Shown: in pieces, positions 44,733-55,371 of the stretch
Layout of the letters: each line of letters opens with the position of its first letter
How positions within the stretch are numbered: the first letter of the stretch is position 1
Source: a virus
IMG/VR virus record: IMGVR_UViG_3300019776_000961
Coordinates: 32,001 to 96,000 of that record
DNA length: 64,000 nt
Strand: one strand, 5' to 3'
Made by a program: the position numbers and the translations under genes
The notes under the pieces: generated by a model
Databases searched by the model: none
Seen by the model: the letters and a program-made list of their open reading frames with translations, nothing else
What the model was told of the DNA's origin: nothing

Positions 44733-45673
44733 CCGAGATCTTTTATACCCACTGCTAGAAACGCACCAGCTCCCGATGAGCCGTTAAGGTGTTGTAATGC
44801 TAATACTAGTACAGGGGGTGTTGCTCCACCCGATAGTGTAATAACACTTGCACCTTCGTCGTTTGCTGCGTTTTTGCCAGCAAAGACACCGGAATGTTTA
44901 ATAGTTGAAAGAGCTCCCTGTATAGTACTACTGGTTGGGCTTCCGGATAAGAAGCAATACTGTATGTCTGTGGTGAGGTCACCCCAATTAGTAGTAGCAG
45001 ATAATATTGGATTCAAATACCACCTATACCCGCATATATGAGCAGTATCAGTGTTAATTATTGAATATTCATCAATGATAATAGAACGTGTACTGTTGGG
45101 TTTTACTCTTAGTGCGAACATTGGTCTTTCTGCATTTGTGAAATCAAATCCGCCTGTACCGTAAACATCAAAACTATCAATACTGTAATATGTACCTGTC
45201 GGTTCTTTTATTGAAACTTCAAGTGACGTTATAGCTTGATTAAAGCTTTGATTAAACATATTTACAGCAGTTATTGTATCAAAAGTATTAAGATCGATAG
45301 CACTTAAAGCTATAAAACTCTGTGTCTCTTGCGCAAGCAAAGCCTGATTATTAGCTAATAAACTTGCAAGAGTAGCGTTTGTTGCTGTGAGTGGTGCAAG
45401 ATTAATAGCTACATTGCTGCCTGATATATTAACAACTTGACTAATATCACTAGGGTTAGTAATATGAGATAGTATAGCGTATTTAGGATATATATCCGTT
45501 GTTGTGAGTGGTGCAGCAAATGTATTTTCTGGAAATGCTTGTGATCTATCAGGGTATTCAACTCTAGTAACAGAAATAGCAGGAAAATCGCTACTTGTTA
45601 GCTGTAAAAATTTACCGTATTCAGCTGTTTGATAATTACTTACTACATTAGTTATGCCTTCATATATCGACAT
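44729..45673 (-). CDS. hypothetical late/virion protein
   Basis: TATAAATA 5 nt before ATG; beta-rich C-terminus. Confidence 0.6.
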   Translation of the reverse strand: MSIYEGITNVVSNYQTAEYGKFLQLTSSDFPAISVTRVEYPDRSQAFPENTFAAPLTTTDIYPKYAILSHITNPSDISQVVNISGSNVAINLAPLTATNATLASLLANNQALLAQETQSFIALSAIDLNTFDTITAVNMFNQSFNQAITSLEVSIKEPTGTYYSIDSFDVYGTGGFDFTNAERPMFALRVKPNSTRSIIIDEYSIINTDTAHICGYRWYLNPILSATTNWGDLTTDIQYCFLSGSPTSSTIQGALSTIKHSGVFAGKNAANDEGASVITLSGGATPPVLVLALQHLNGSSGAGAFLAVGIKDLG

Positions 45674-45715
45674 ACGTATATTTATACAAATGCGCGTATA
45701 TTTCCAATAAAGTAA

Positions 45716-48700
45716 TTATGTACACACTGTGCCGAATGTATATACCTCGTTGTTAATATAACCTGCAGCTGAGCCTAATATAGTGTATGTTTCAAAATAC
45801 GGGCTTGTTCTCGGATTACTGAAATTGATATCGTATACGTCAGATCCTGGTTTATAAACTGTACTATCTATTACTGTTAAAACACCGTTTATGTATTTAA
45901 ACTGTATAGTAAAGATATAAAAACATTTAGCAAGATCTTTACCTGTATAGGTAATCTTGTATATACTGTCATTATTATTATAAGTTAATAATGGTTTATC
46001 TATCTCTACAATATTGAGTTCGATATTTCTACCTGATAATGAGAACATACTAATATCATTAAATGTAAGAGCTTCATCAGCAATTAAAGGATAAATCTGT
46101 TTGAGTCTAAGATTTTGTAGATTAAACGAGAATATTTTTGGATATATAATCTTATAATTAGATCCGCTATATTGATTGAATATCGTGGTTTTACAAACTA
46201 GTAATTCATTATTTGCTTCATCAAACCATACTGTTGAATTTTTTTCAAGTAACTGATAATCCCCGCGATAGATAAAATTAATACCTGCACCACCGCCAGC
46301 AACAGTATTGGTACCGTAATCAAATATTATCTGTTCAAAAACTGTATAATTAGTTGTCTCAAATTGCACAACATCATAATAAACATCGATATTAATTATA
46401 TTATTGTTTAATTCGTTACGTATATCGGTTGGGTATTTAGCAAATACTGCGCTAAGTGCTGCAGAGGCAGGCAACAAGGAAGAGCTGTTAGAATTACGAT
46501 AGTAAAGATCGCCGTTAATTGTATTTTTACTATCATAAATAGATACACGATCCGGAATTCCTGAAAGTGTGTTATCGACAATTGTCGATCTGCCGGGTAT
46601 ATGTATATCTGCAAAATTTGTTGGCTCTACATACAGACTTATATTTCCTACTGTTATAGTCTTGCAAGGCTCTTCGCCATTTACTGTAAACAAATAGCCA
46701 TCACAATCTGAAATTACAGAAGCAGGTGGTGTGAATGTAAAATTAGGAGGATTAGCAAATGTTGCGTTATAATACGGTGGATTGGTACCAGGACCGGAGC
46801 TACTCCCCGTGCCTGCATCTACAAGAATATTATAATAAAGAGTATTGTCTATTGGATTATAATTAGATGTATCGGAACCTACGTCTGGTAGCAATGTACC
46901 ATCCGGTAAGGTGAACGTCTGGCCATCATATGATATACAGTTATAGTCAGTAACAACGGTATCTGTGCAAAAGATCTCCGGTTGATAAGGATAAGAGAAT
47001 AAATTAGCAGCATCAGCTGTTAGTCTGAATGATGCGGTAACATTTGAAACTTCCTTACCGTTTCTAAAAATCGGTACAGGTACTTCATTAGTTACAGTCT
47101 TAAGAGTTACACCTGAATAATTTTTGTCGACGTTTACCTCACTATAGTCGAAATTATATCCTGATACTGGATCTTTAAAAGCATATCCGTCAATAATTTG
47201 ACAAAACGCTGATTTAATTGTATCACCTTGTTGTTGTGCAAAAGTGTATTGCGGGGTTATTTCCTTATAAAGACCGTATTCATTACCGTAAACGTCATTT
47301 TTGTATTGTACAAGAGTTTTATTAACAGAGAGCAATCTCTGAGCTCTTTCTTGAATAGGGAATAAACCGTGCTGTATAAGCGGGAATACGTCCTGGTTAT
47401 TCCAGGTAGTACGCTTCGGGTCAGTAAAGAAGTCTTGTGCATCTACATATCTTGAAATACCGAAATTAGAAATATTAAGAGTTTGTTCTCTTGATTGATA
47501 TGCTCGAAATGTTTGAAAATAAAGATCTGTTGCTACATCACCAAAAGCATAACCGTTACCGAAATTTATCTTATTAAAATAGTTATGTTCCTTAAAAGTG
47601 AACGGTGTCTTAAATGTTAAATTTGTATTGCTTGTTACATTACCGTATTTTGTTGGGTCAGGAAAATAATAAACAGTATTAGGAATAAGATTCTGTCTAT
47701 CTATTACAGGGAAGAAATTGAAATTAGTAAAATTAGAGATACCTATCTTTGATGGTTTGAAGAAAAGACCTATTTCTTTTTCTGTTTTAAGGTATTCCGT
47801 ACTCGGTACTGCTGCAACGGTAGGAAAGCGCTTATTTAAAAAGTTTGCAGGTTCGTTTGTTGCAGTGAATAGTAAACCTGAGATATATTGTGTACCTGTT
47901 GAGTCTGTCTGCACATAATAAAAGTCTGATCCAATATAACTTTGTATTTCTTGTAATTGTAGAGAGAGATTAAGCGCAGCAACAGCTGATGTTGCGATTA
48001 AATTTGTATAGTCACTATCTTTTAAGTATTGAAGATCGGTAATGCGTACTGCAGGGTTTATTAGAAGATCGGGACCGAGTTCCTTTAAGTAAAACGGATA
48101 TGAAAGTATAGCACGTAAGAGTGAAAAATTTACGTTACGTGCAAGATCCGGATCTACTGTATATTGATTAAGTGAAAAATATTCAGCTCGTGTATCATTA
48201 TAGCTACCATACTCGCTTGCAGATGCGGTGGGGTTAATATCATAGTATGATGGATATAGATCGTATATATCTTCAATTTCAAATGTGGTATTGTTCTTAA
48301 TTGAAGAAATTGATAGATTAAGAGTAGCAATATCTGTTGTTATGTCATTTGCATTAAGAGAATTTACAAAAAGGTTGTAGAGTGTTGTTTCTATACCGTA
48401 ATTTGATCCCTTGAGATTATATTGTACAACAGCGGTTTTTGCAGTTGATCGTAAATTGACAAAGTAAAGACATACGTCCTTTATTTTTTTAGCAAAAAAC
48501 GGTACTACAAGTGTTAAATCACGTTGATTATTATAATCGAGATTGGAAATGTATCTTTGTTCATCAACTGTTGAATAGTTAAGAATAATTTCATGTAATA
48601 AACTTACATAATATTGTTGTACAATTTTTTCGCTATTTTCCTGTGATGTATTTGTAGTTTGAAACCAGTTATTAAGATATGACTGATATCTAACGAGAAA

Positions 48701-48850
48701 CTCTTGAGTATTCGAATAAAACGAACTGTTATATTGAACCCATTCAGTAAATGTAAGTGGCGCGTATTTATCCACCGGATTAGCTGGTGGATTAAGAGCA
48801 GTTATCGAATTTGCCAGTCGTTCATCGACGTATCTAGATAGTTCTGACAT
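45716..48850 (-). CDS. large baseplate-associated structural protein
   Basis: 1044 aa; late promoter; downstream of the gp25-gp6 operon. Confidence 0.55.
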   Translation of the reverse strand: MSELSRYVDERLANSITALNPPANPVDKYAPLTFTEWVQYNSSFYSNTQEFLVRYQSYLNNWFQTTNTSQENSEKIVQQYYVSLLHEIILNYSTVDEQRYISNLDYNNQRDLTLVVPFFAKKIKDVCLYFVNLRSTAKTAVVQYNLKGSNYGIETTLYNLFVNSLNANDITTDIATLNLSISSIKNNTTFEIEDIYDLYPSYYDINPTASASEYGSYNDTRAEYFSLNQYTVDPDLARNVNFSLLRAILSYPFYLKELGPDLLINPAVRITDLQYLKDSDYTNLIATSAVAALNLSLQLQEIQSYIGSDFYYVQTDSTGTQYISGLLFTATNEPANFLNKRFPTVAAVPSTEYLKTEKEIGLFFKPSKIGISNFTNFNFFPVIDRQNLIPNTVYYFPDPTKYGNVTSNTNLTFKTPFTFKEHNYFNKINFGNGYAFGDVATDLYFQTFRAYQSREQTLNISNFGISRYVDAQDFFTDPKRTTWNNQDVFPLIQHGLFPIQERAQRLLSVNKTLVQYKNDVYGNEYGLYKEITPQYTFAQQQGDTIKSAFCQIIDGYAFKDPVSGYNFDYSEVNVDKNYSGVTLKTVTNEVPVPIFRNGKEVSNVTASFRLTADAANLFSYPYQPEIFCTDTVVTDYNCISYDGQTFTLPDGTLLPDVGSDTSNYNPIDNTLYYNILVDAGTGSSSGPGTNPPYYNATFANPPNFTFTPPASVISDCDGYLFTVNGEEPCKTITVGNISLYVEPTNFADIHIPGRSTIVDNTLSGIPDRVSIYDSKNTINGDLYYRNSNSSSLLPASAALSAVFAKYPTDIRNELNNNIINIDVYYDVVQFETTNYTVFEQIIFDYGTNTVAGGGAGINFIYRGDYQLLEKNSTVWFDEANNELLVCKTTIFNQYSGSNYKIIYPKIFSFNLQNLRLKQIYPLIADEALTFNDISMFSLSGRNIELNIVEIDKPLLTYNNNDSIYKITYTGKDLAKCFYIFTIQFKYINGVLTVIDSTVYKPGSDVYDINFSNPRTSPYFETYTILGSAAGYINNEVYTFGTVCT

Positions 48851-48858
48851 GAAAATAT

Positions 48859-51800
48859 TTAATTGTTATATGTGATGTCAGCAGCAGATGTGAACAGTCT
48901 TAACCCTTTTGTTAGCTCATAACTAATAATGTTCTGCATTATACCATTATCTATTGACCAAGTGCTATAAGCACTATTATAAGGAGATAATGTGGTAAGT
49001 GGGTTCTTCCAATCAATAATATTATTATAATACCATGCTGTTGTTGGTGGTATATATGTATAGAAATTATAATACGCGTCAATATCAACACCTGATACAG
49101 TAGATGGTGCTACTAATCCCCAGCCCCAATTATAATTATAGGAGGATAACGGAAGAGGTGTATAGAACGCTGTTACCCCCGGTATACCGGAGAAATTAAC
49201 AATAGAATAAATTCCTGAAAATAACTCATATGCAACAACCGGGACACCGGTGCTTATAATACCAGTTACAGTAGAGATTTGTTCGCCTAAATTAACACCA
49301 TAATTGCTTGTTGGTTGTGGCGGATACGTACCGTAATTTTTAAAATTTTCATTAAATGAATTTTTATCACCCCATAATCTCTTATGGCTTATAGATAACA
49401 TATCTACAACACGTTTAAATTGAGGAGGGAACGGGTAATTGTATTGCTCGTATTGAATAGAAAGTTCGTTACAGAGTGAAACAAGAGCATCAATATTACA
49501 TGTTTCGATATTCGCTCTATTATCAACAAAATTAGCTACTCTCTCGTATATTTCCTTTCCAAGTTCGTATGGCTGAGCCTTTATATCACCAACAATACTC
49601 TTTAAGAATTGATCAAAGAAAATTTGCTTATCGAGTAATACTTCTTGAAAGCGTAATGAGTTGTAGAAAGAATGTGCATCAAAATCTTCATTAATTTTCA
49701 TTACACCGTAATGGCCGCCAGAAGGGTATATATTAAATGTAGCAGATGAGCCAGTAATAGTTCTAATAATAGAAGTAACTTGCATGTATTTGTTAATCCA
49801 GCGTGTGCCAAACCAGTCACCATAGGCTTGAAATTGATTTAATTCAAAATCAGAAAGCGGATAGTTTGTGGTATTTGGTGGAAGCGCTAGTGGCAATTGG
49901 TTAACTATATATGGTTTATTAGAGTCGGGATCACCTAACGTATCAACAACATAAATTTGTTTATCGTAGTTATTGATTGCCCATAGATAGCCTGCTGTAT
50001 CACATGCAATACCATTTAAACTACAAATATAATCGGTTTGATTGTGACCAGAGCCTGCTATGAAATCGGTTTTATTATTGGTAAAATGATCGACTTTAGT
50101 TATTGTCTCCCTATCATGTGATATCCATGCATTTTGTGAACCATCAATAGTAATATTGTCAATCATTCTAAAACCACCTATTGGATAACCAGGGTAAATA
50201 TTACCATCTTTATCGAACTTATATAGATAATCATTTCTTCCTGCAAATGATGCTGATGATGCGTTGTGATTAAACGTAGTTACATATATATAACCGTTTC
50301 TATCGATACAAGTTTCAATAGGTGCAATAACCGGTGGAAAAGGTATTACTGTGAGTAATGTTCCATATGTATCATATTTTACAAGTATATTAGAGACAGG
50401 ATGTGAGTATGTAGCCCAGACGTTATTTGTTAAGTCAGTATCAACTGATGAAGGTAGGAATAAGCCTTCGCCTGCAAAACCACTTAAAGCTGGCGCAAAA
50501 CCATAGCTACTCAGAAAATAATGAACATTAGATGTAGGAGAATTAGCGATAGATATAACGTTTCCGTTTATACCATCTATCTTTATTAGGTAACCTGAAT
50601 CACATAATGCAACCCATATATTACTATCGCTATCAAGAGCGATATTGCTCGGCGATGCGCATTGAAGCTCAGGATCACGGTAGTCAACAATAGACACCGT
50701 ACCAACATTGTTAATTAATGTTTTAGCTGCTGATAGCGAGATAGAGGATAATGTTTGTCCATATACGTCAATTTTAAATACTGTGTCATTTATACTATCC
50801 GCAAACCACGTTTGAAAATCGTTACCTTTTCCAGCTCCTGATGGAGCAACACAAATAGCAAGTGTATTATTATTGCCAGATGAGTTAGTATATAAGCTAC
50901 TACTTGTTAATGTTTCTGTTAGTGTACCGTAACAACTACTAAAGATTTGTTCTTTAAATATTCTATAGAGATAACCGTATTGAGGTATAGAGACCCACCC
51001 TACAAGACTATCTTTAGGGAAATTTGCTTGCTCTACAACGGTGACAGAAGCAGTAAGCGTACAGAAATTTGTAGCTTGATTAGATATAAAATAACCTTTA
51101 TAAAACCCACCAACTGACTGCGGAATATCGCTTGAAAAATCGTCATAGAATTTAACATCAGTGAGTGTATTTACATTTCCATCATCATCAGTGTAAATAA
51201 TGCCCATATTGACATTAAGTGCTGTAACACTGCTTAATATTGACCCGGTTGTGGATGAAGAAAGTGGTGGATATGTCTTTGTTGTAAAATTTTGATCATC
51301 TTTAAACTTAATAACAAAAGGAATCTCTGTACACTGCCAACTGATTGATGGTATATCAAAAGCGGTAGAGGAGAGAGTACCTTCGCCATCAATACCTGTT
51401 GTTGTTATTGATAGGTACGCAGCAGGGTCCTGTCTTATTTTAATAATAGGCAATACAGAGGGTTGGAAATTCTGTACACCGTAAGGCGGGTAATCAATAT
51501 AGTTAAATATATGCCTTCTTTCTGAAAAAGAGTCTTCAAAGAGTGCATTATCAAAAGTTGCAAAAAGGAAAATAGGAGGTTCTCTCGATGTAAAGTTTTT
51601 AGCTCTATCATCTACATAATAGATTTGATTAGCTCCTGTAGTACCAACAAAGAAGCTGCCTGTATCTGCTTGATTACAGATTTGTAATTTATTATCTGCA
51701 ATGCGTGCGAAAATTTCGTCAATATTTGCAGAAATAGATTCTACTTGTACGTATTGAAGGTTACCGTTTATAAATTGCTTCTCATAAAAACGACTCAAAA

Positions 51801-52356
51801 GACGTAAGTGTGACCATTTGTCTTGATCTAGTTGTTGCTTATAAACATAATCACCTGCGGCACCAGAAGCGTAGAGATTTATAGTGATACCACCGCTAGC
51901 ACTCAGTGCACTATATGATTGCCAACTATTGCGTGAGAAGATAGTAAGAGGATCGCCTATTTTACTCGCTGGTACGTCATAGACAAACTTTCCATATGTA
52001 TCCCATTGTAAGGTATCTGCAATAAAATCATAAATTTTTATTTCAGGCGAATATGTACTGTCATATGCCTTACCTGTATCATCAAAAATTGTTAGTGTTA
52101 CATTATAACTACCAGGAAAAACATAATTATGTACAGCGGTAAGTTCAGAGGAAAACGTACCGTCACCGAAGTTCCATTTTATAAGCTTATTACTGATAGA
52201 ACCGGCAGAAGAAAGAATATCTGATGTAGTTAAATCAGGAACAAACGTTAGCGGTGTTTGCGGAAGTGTATAAGAAGAAAGAACACGGCTTCCTGTGTAA
52301 TCTAACACATTAAAATAGATATATGTTGTATTGAGTGTGTTAGCTTTAGTAGCCAT
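48859..52356 (-). CDS. baseplate wedge protein (gp7 position) with PKD and NHL repeats
   Basis: WNFGDGT...H.Y..PG.Y.VTLT PKD motif; propeller repeats; directly follows gp6. Confidence 0.6.
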   Translation of the reverse strand: MATKANTLNTTYIYFNVLDYTGSRVLSSYTLPQTPLTFVPDLTTSDILSSAGSISNKLIKWNFGDGTFSSELTAVHNYVFPGSYNVTLTIFDDTGKAYDSTYSPEIKIYDFIADTLQWDTYGKFVYDVPASKIGDPLTIFSRNSWQSYSALSASGGITINLYASGAAGDYVYKQQLDQDKWSHLRLLSRFYEKQFINGNLQYVQVESISANIDEIFARIADNKLQICNQADTGSFFVGTTGANQIYYVDDRAKNFTSREPPIFLFATFDNALFEDSFSERRHIFNYIDYPPYGVQNFQPSVLPIIKIRQDPAAYLSITTTGIDGEGTLSSTAFDIPSISWQCTEIPFVIKFKDDQNFTTKTYPPLSSSTTGSILSSVTALNVNMGIIYTDDDGNVNTLTDVKFYDDFSSDIPQSVGGFYKGYFISNQATNFCTLTASVTVVEQANFPKDSLVGWVSIPQYGYLYRIFKEQIFSSCYGTLTETLTSSSLYTNSSGNNNTLAICVAPSGAGKGNDFQTWFADSINDTVFKIDVYGQTLSSISLSAAKTLINNVGTVSIVDYRDPELQCASPSNIALDSDSNIWVALCDSGYLIKIDGINGNVISIANSPTSNVHYFLSSYGFAPALSGFAGEGLFLPSSVDTDLTNNVWATYSHPVSNILVKYDTYGTLLTVIPFPPVIAPIETCIDRNGYIYVTTFNHNASSASFAGRNDYLYKFDKDGNIYPGYPIGGFRMIDNITIDGSQNAWISHDRETITKVDHFTNNKTDFIAGSGHNQTDYICSLNGIACDTAGYLWAINNYDKQIYVVDTLGDPDSNKPYIVNQLPLALPPNTTNYPLSDFELNQFQAYGDWFGTRWINKYMQVTSIIRTITGSSATFNIYPSGGHYGVMKINEDFDAHSFYNSLRFQEVLLDKQIFFDQFLKSIVGDIKAQPYELGKEIYERVANFVDNRANIETCNIDALVSLCNELSIQYEQYNYPFPPQFKRVVDMLSISHKRLWGDKNSFNENFKNYGTYPPQPTSNYGVNLGEQISTVTGIISTGVPVVAYELFSGIYSIVNFSGIPGVTAFYTPLPLSSYNYNWGWGLVAPSTVSGVDIDAYYNFYTYIPPTTAWYYNNIIDWKNPLTTLSPYNSAYSTWSIDNGIMQNIISYELTKGLRLFTSAADITYNN

Positions 52357-52366
52357 CTTTGTTTAA

Positions 52367-54214
52367 TTAATACGATTGCTGGGCAGTTACAACAATCTTG
52401 TTTACAAAAGCCGATGCTTCATTTAAATAAGGAAACTTAAAATAGGGAAGGTGAATATTCTGTGTAACAATTTGTATATCGTTATATGGATATACAGGAT
52501 TATAAAGCACAAAACTAACACCAGGTACGGTGTATGTATTACCGTCTAGACCAACAGTTGTAGTTGCAATATTAACGACACCAGGAATCGCGAGAATATT
52601 ATTTGTAATATCAGAAATATTAACAAGTAGACCAAGGTTATTATTTAAAGTAGAGAAGTAATCTGTAAAAACTGCAGCAACCTGTTGTGCAATACTATTT
52701 GGATTTACTTTTGATGTAATATCACGTGTAATATTAAGAGTTGTATTTGATGCAATTGATGGTGATAAGGTTTGATCAGGTATAGAAACGCCTAGATCAA
52801 ATGCAATATAAACCGGATCATTTATTATGATATCAGACGTTGTTAATTTGACTTGTGCAAGATCATTAATGATTAATTGTTTCTGAGCTGAATTGAGATA
52901 ATTAGCACGAGTTGAAAGAGAGTTAGTTAGTTCAAGCTTTGGTACTGCATACACATATACATTATTTGCATTACTTGAGCTTGAAAAATTAACCTGGTTC
53001 AATAAAACTCTTGATTCATAGTTTGGCTTAGTTATACCTAGATCAAAATAGTATTTTAAATGACCGTTAATATAATCATGATTATTAACAGTAGTAGCGG
53101 ATGCAAGAATATTACTATAATTTTTTAAAATATAATTAGTGAAATCGCTTGCTGTAATTAATCTAAACTGGCTCTTGAATGAATTCTGTGCATTAGCACG
53201 AATACTGTCAGCTGACTCTACATCAACAAATACAGTAGATGGGTTACTATTAGTAAAAGTTAGACTACCTGACTGTCTCTGTGTGAGTAGTCTTACATTA
53301 ACAGGGGTTGTATCAGGTTGTATTGCATTAAATTGTGGTGTCGTATAAAAGAATAGTTTATTACCGTCCAAAACACCTGGACCAATTTCACCTGCTTTAC
53401 CAGATGATTGCAAGTAGTATATAGCTACCTGATCACCAGGATTTAATTGTTTACCTGTAACATTATTACCAAATTTAAATTCATAGCGTAAGTTTTCATT
53501 TAAACGCTTTTCGTAGACTTTAGAATCTGCTCTTTCCAGGAAAACAGATGGTGTAGTGGAATACAGCTCCCACTTTGGATTCGATACAGTATTATCCTTT
53601 ACATAGATATCAATATTAAAGTGATCTATTGTTGGGTTACCACCTTGTAGATTAATGTTTGTGAGCGTTATTGTTTCAAACGGTTCACCTGTTGCAGTAT
53701 AGATAGGGTATTCACGATAGATGCCCTGAAATAAAAGATTATTATTAGAAAAATCGGTCAGTGTCTCATATTGACCATCGAGTGTTTTTACAAACGTTAC
53801 ATCAGTATTAAACGAATAGTACGTACCATTTACTGTAAAGTAGGTATATCGTGGTATTGTGTATGTACCAGATGGTAGTGTTGTATCAGCAGCCGCGTTA
53901 AATGAAAGAGTAGGTGTCTGGTAACCGACGGGAGAGTATCCTATTAAGTTAACAATTTTATTAATATTTTCATAAAGCTCAGCTGTAGTGAAAGTACTCT
54001 CCGAACCTGTACGGTTTAAATAGAATAAAAGAACATGATATGCATAACCAATAATATCGATAATAGAGGATAGGTTGCTACCCTCATAATTCTGATCAGT
54101 AAAAATATTATTAGCATTGAGACGAGCAATAATAAGATTTTTAAGACTCAAAGCATCGAATGCTGCGTAGCCGTCTATTGGTATATTGAAATCGTCAAAT
54201 TCTGTTGTTGCCAT
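52367..54214 (-). CDS. gp6: baseplate wedge subunit gp6
   Basis: FD..SLK......L....FTD.NYEGSNLS..ID..Y, FGN...G..L..G.V.I.YL.S.G..G, ES..SIR.NA. Confidence 0.88.
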   Translation of the reverse strand: MATTEFDDFNIPIDGYAAFDALSLKNLIIARLNANNIFTDQNYEGSNLSSIIDIIGYAYHVLLFYLNRTGSESTFTTAELYENINKIVNLIGYSPVGYQTPTLSFNAAADTTLPSGTYTIPRYTYFTVNGTYYSFNTDVTFVKTLDGQYETLTDFSNNNLLFQGIYREYPIYTATGEPFETITLTNINLQGGNPTIDHFNIDIYVKDNTVSNPKWELYSTTPSVFLERADSKVYEKRLNENLRYEFKFGNNVTGKQLNPGDQVAIYYLQSSGKAGEIGPGVLDGNKLFFYTTPQFNAIQPDTTPVNVRLLTQRQSGSLTFTNSNPSTVFVDVESADSIRANAQNSFKSQFRLITASDFTNYILKNYSNILASATTVNNHDYINGHLKYYFDLGITKPNYESRVLLNQVNFSSSSNANNVYVYAVPKLELTNSLSTRANYLNSAQKQLIINDLAQVKLTTSDIIINDPVYIAFDLGVSIPDQTLSPSIASNTTLNITRDITSKVNPNSIAQQVAAVFTDYFSTLNNNLGLLVNISDITNNILAIPGVVNIATTTVGLDGNTYTVPGVSFVLYNPVYPYNDIQIVTQNIHLPYFKFPYLNEASAFVNKIVVTAQQSY

Positions 54215-54219
54215 ATATG

Positions 54220-54702
54220 TTAATTATTATTAAAGTAAAACCCTGAAGTACTTAATGTACCAACTAGTTGAAAGCTATTAGGGCCAATTTGTGGGACTGA
54301 AATAACAAGCGTAATACTAAATGTCTGGGTGTCAGTATATGCAATAACATTAATTTGTAGTATCTTGATACGTGGCTCCCACTTAGTAAGACCTGCTTGT
54401 ATTTCCTGTCCAATTAAAGTTGCGGTTACGGTATCACAAGGTCTAAAGAGATACTGCATAAGATTTAAACCAAAGGCCGGGTTTAATATCTTTTGCCCGG
54501 GTAGAGTTGTAAAAATATTGAAGATTGAATTCTTTATTGCAGCATAATCATAATCTCCAACTATATCCTTGACCTCTGGTCGCTTGAGAAGTTGATTATT
54601 ACGAGTATATGAGTACTTTAGATCAAGATGAAGATCCTTATATGTAAAGCCATCAGCGTTTTTTGGTGGTGCAGCCAACGATTGAATTGCAATACTTGCC
54701 AT
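54220..54702 (-). CDS. gp25: baseplate wedge subunit gp25
   Basis: AIKNSI.NI..T.PG..I.NP.FG..L..YLF, WEPRI. Confidence 0.88.
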   Translation of the reverse strand: MASIAIQSLAAPPKNADGFTYKDLHLDLKYSYTRNNQLLKRPEVKDIVGDYDYAAIKNSIFNIFTTLPGQKILNPAFGLNLMQYLFRPCDTVTATLIGQEIQAGLTKWEPRIKILQINVIAYTDTQTFSITLVISVPQIGPNSFQLVGTLSTSGFYFNNN

Positions 54703-54771
54703 ATAAATATTTATGAGGTTTTTGATGTTTCAATCAACAGTTCTAACACCCTAAATTAATAAATAATTACG

Positions 54772-55371
54772 ATGAATAAAAGGTTTTTAAAATTATACGA
54801 GAGTACATTAACAAGATACAATCATAGTGGTTTTCTTGCTGGCGATGTAGTTAAATTCGTAGATAACGCTCTTAATGATCCTTGCTTCAAGCAGGTACAA
54901 GATGAATACAAGAAACAAGTAGAAGATCTTATCAAGAGTGGTAAAAACCTTCGTGTTGTAAATGTTAAGTCAACAATACCTGCTGTAATGGGTGCAGGTA
55001 ATCCGGATGACAATGGTTTTTCCTTCTATGTTGAAGTTGGTGAAGATCAGGGTGGTGCACGCATTACCGGTACAGTAACAGTACCACAAAATCTTCTAGT
55101 TCGTGTTAACGACTACCCAAACCTCCCTAAGGTACCTGATCAGTTTAAGTATCAGGATAAGTCACATATCGATCCCAAGGAAGTAAAGGATGAAGCTGAA
55201 GAAACACCGTTCTATTCACCAGGTAGAACACGTACAGCAGACCTTGGCAATAAGAAAGATACTAAGTCAGAAACATCACTCGGTAATAAGAACGTAGTAA
55301 TCCCAAGTTCACCCGCTGTTGGACATAAAGACCCAGCGAATTACGTAGCAAATTACCTACCTAAGCACTAA
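54772..55371 (+). CDS. hypothetical late protein
   Basis: TAAATA 6 nt upstream; N-terminus MNKRFLKLYES. Confidence 0.65.
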   Translation: MNKRFLKLYESTLTRYNHSGFLAGDVVKFVDNALNDPCFKQVQDEYKKQVEDLIKSGKNLRVVNVKSTIPAVMGAGNPDDNGFSFYVEVGEDQGGARITGTVTVPQNLLVRVNDYPNLPKVPDQFKYQDKSHIDPKEVKDEAEETPFYSPGRTRTADLGNKKDTKSETSLGNKNVVIPSSPAVGHKDPANYVANYLPKH

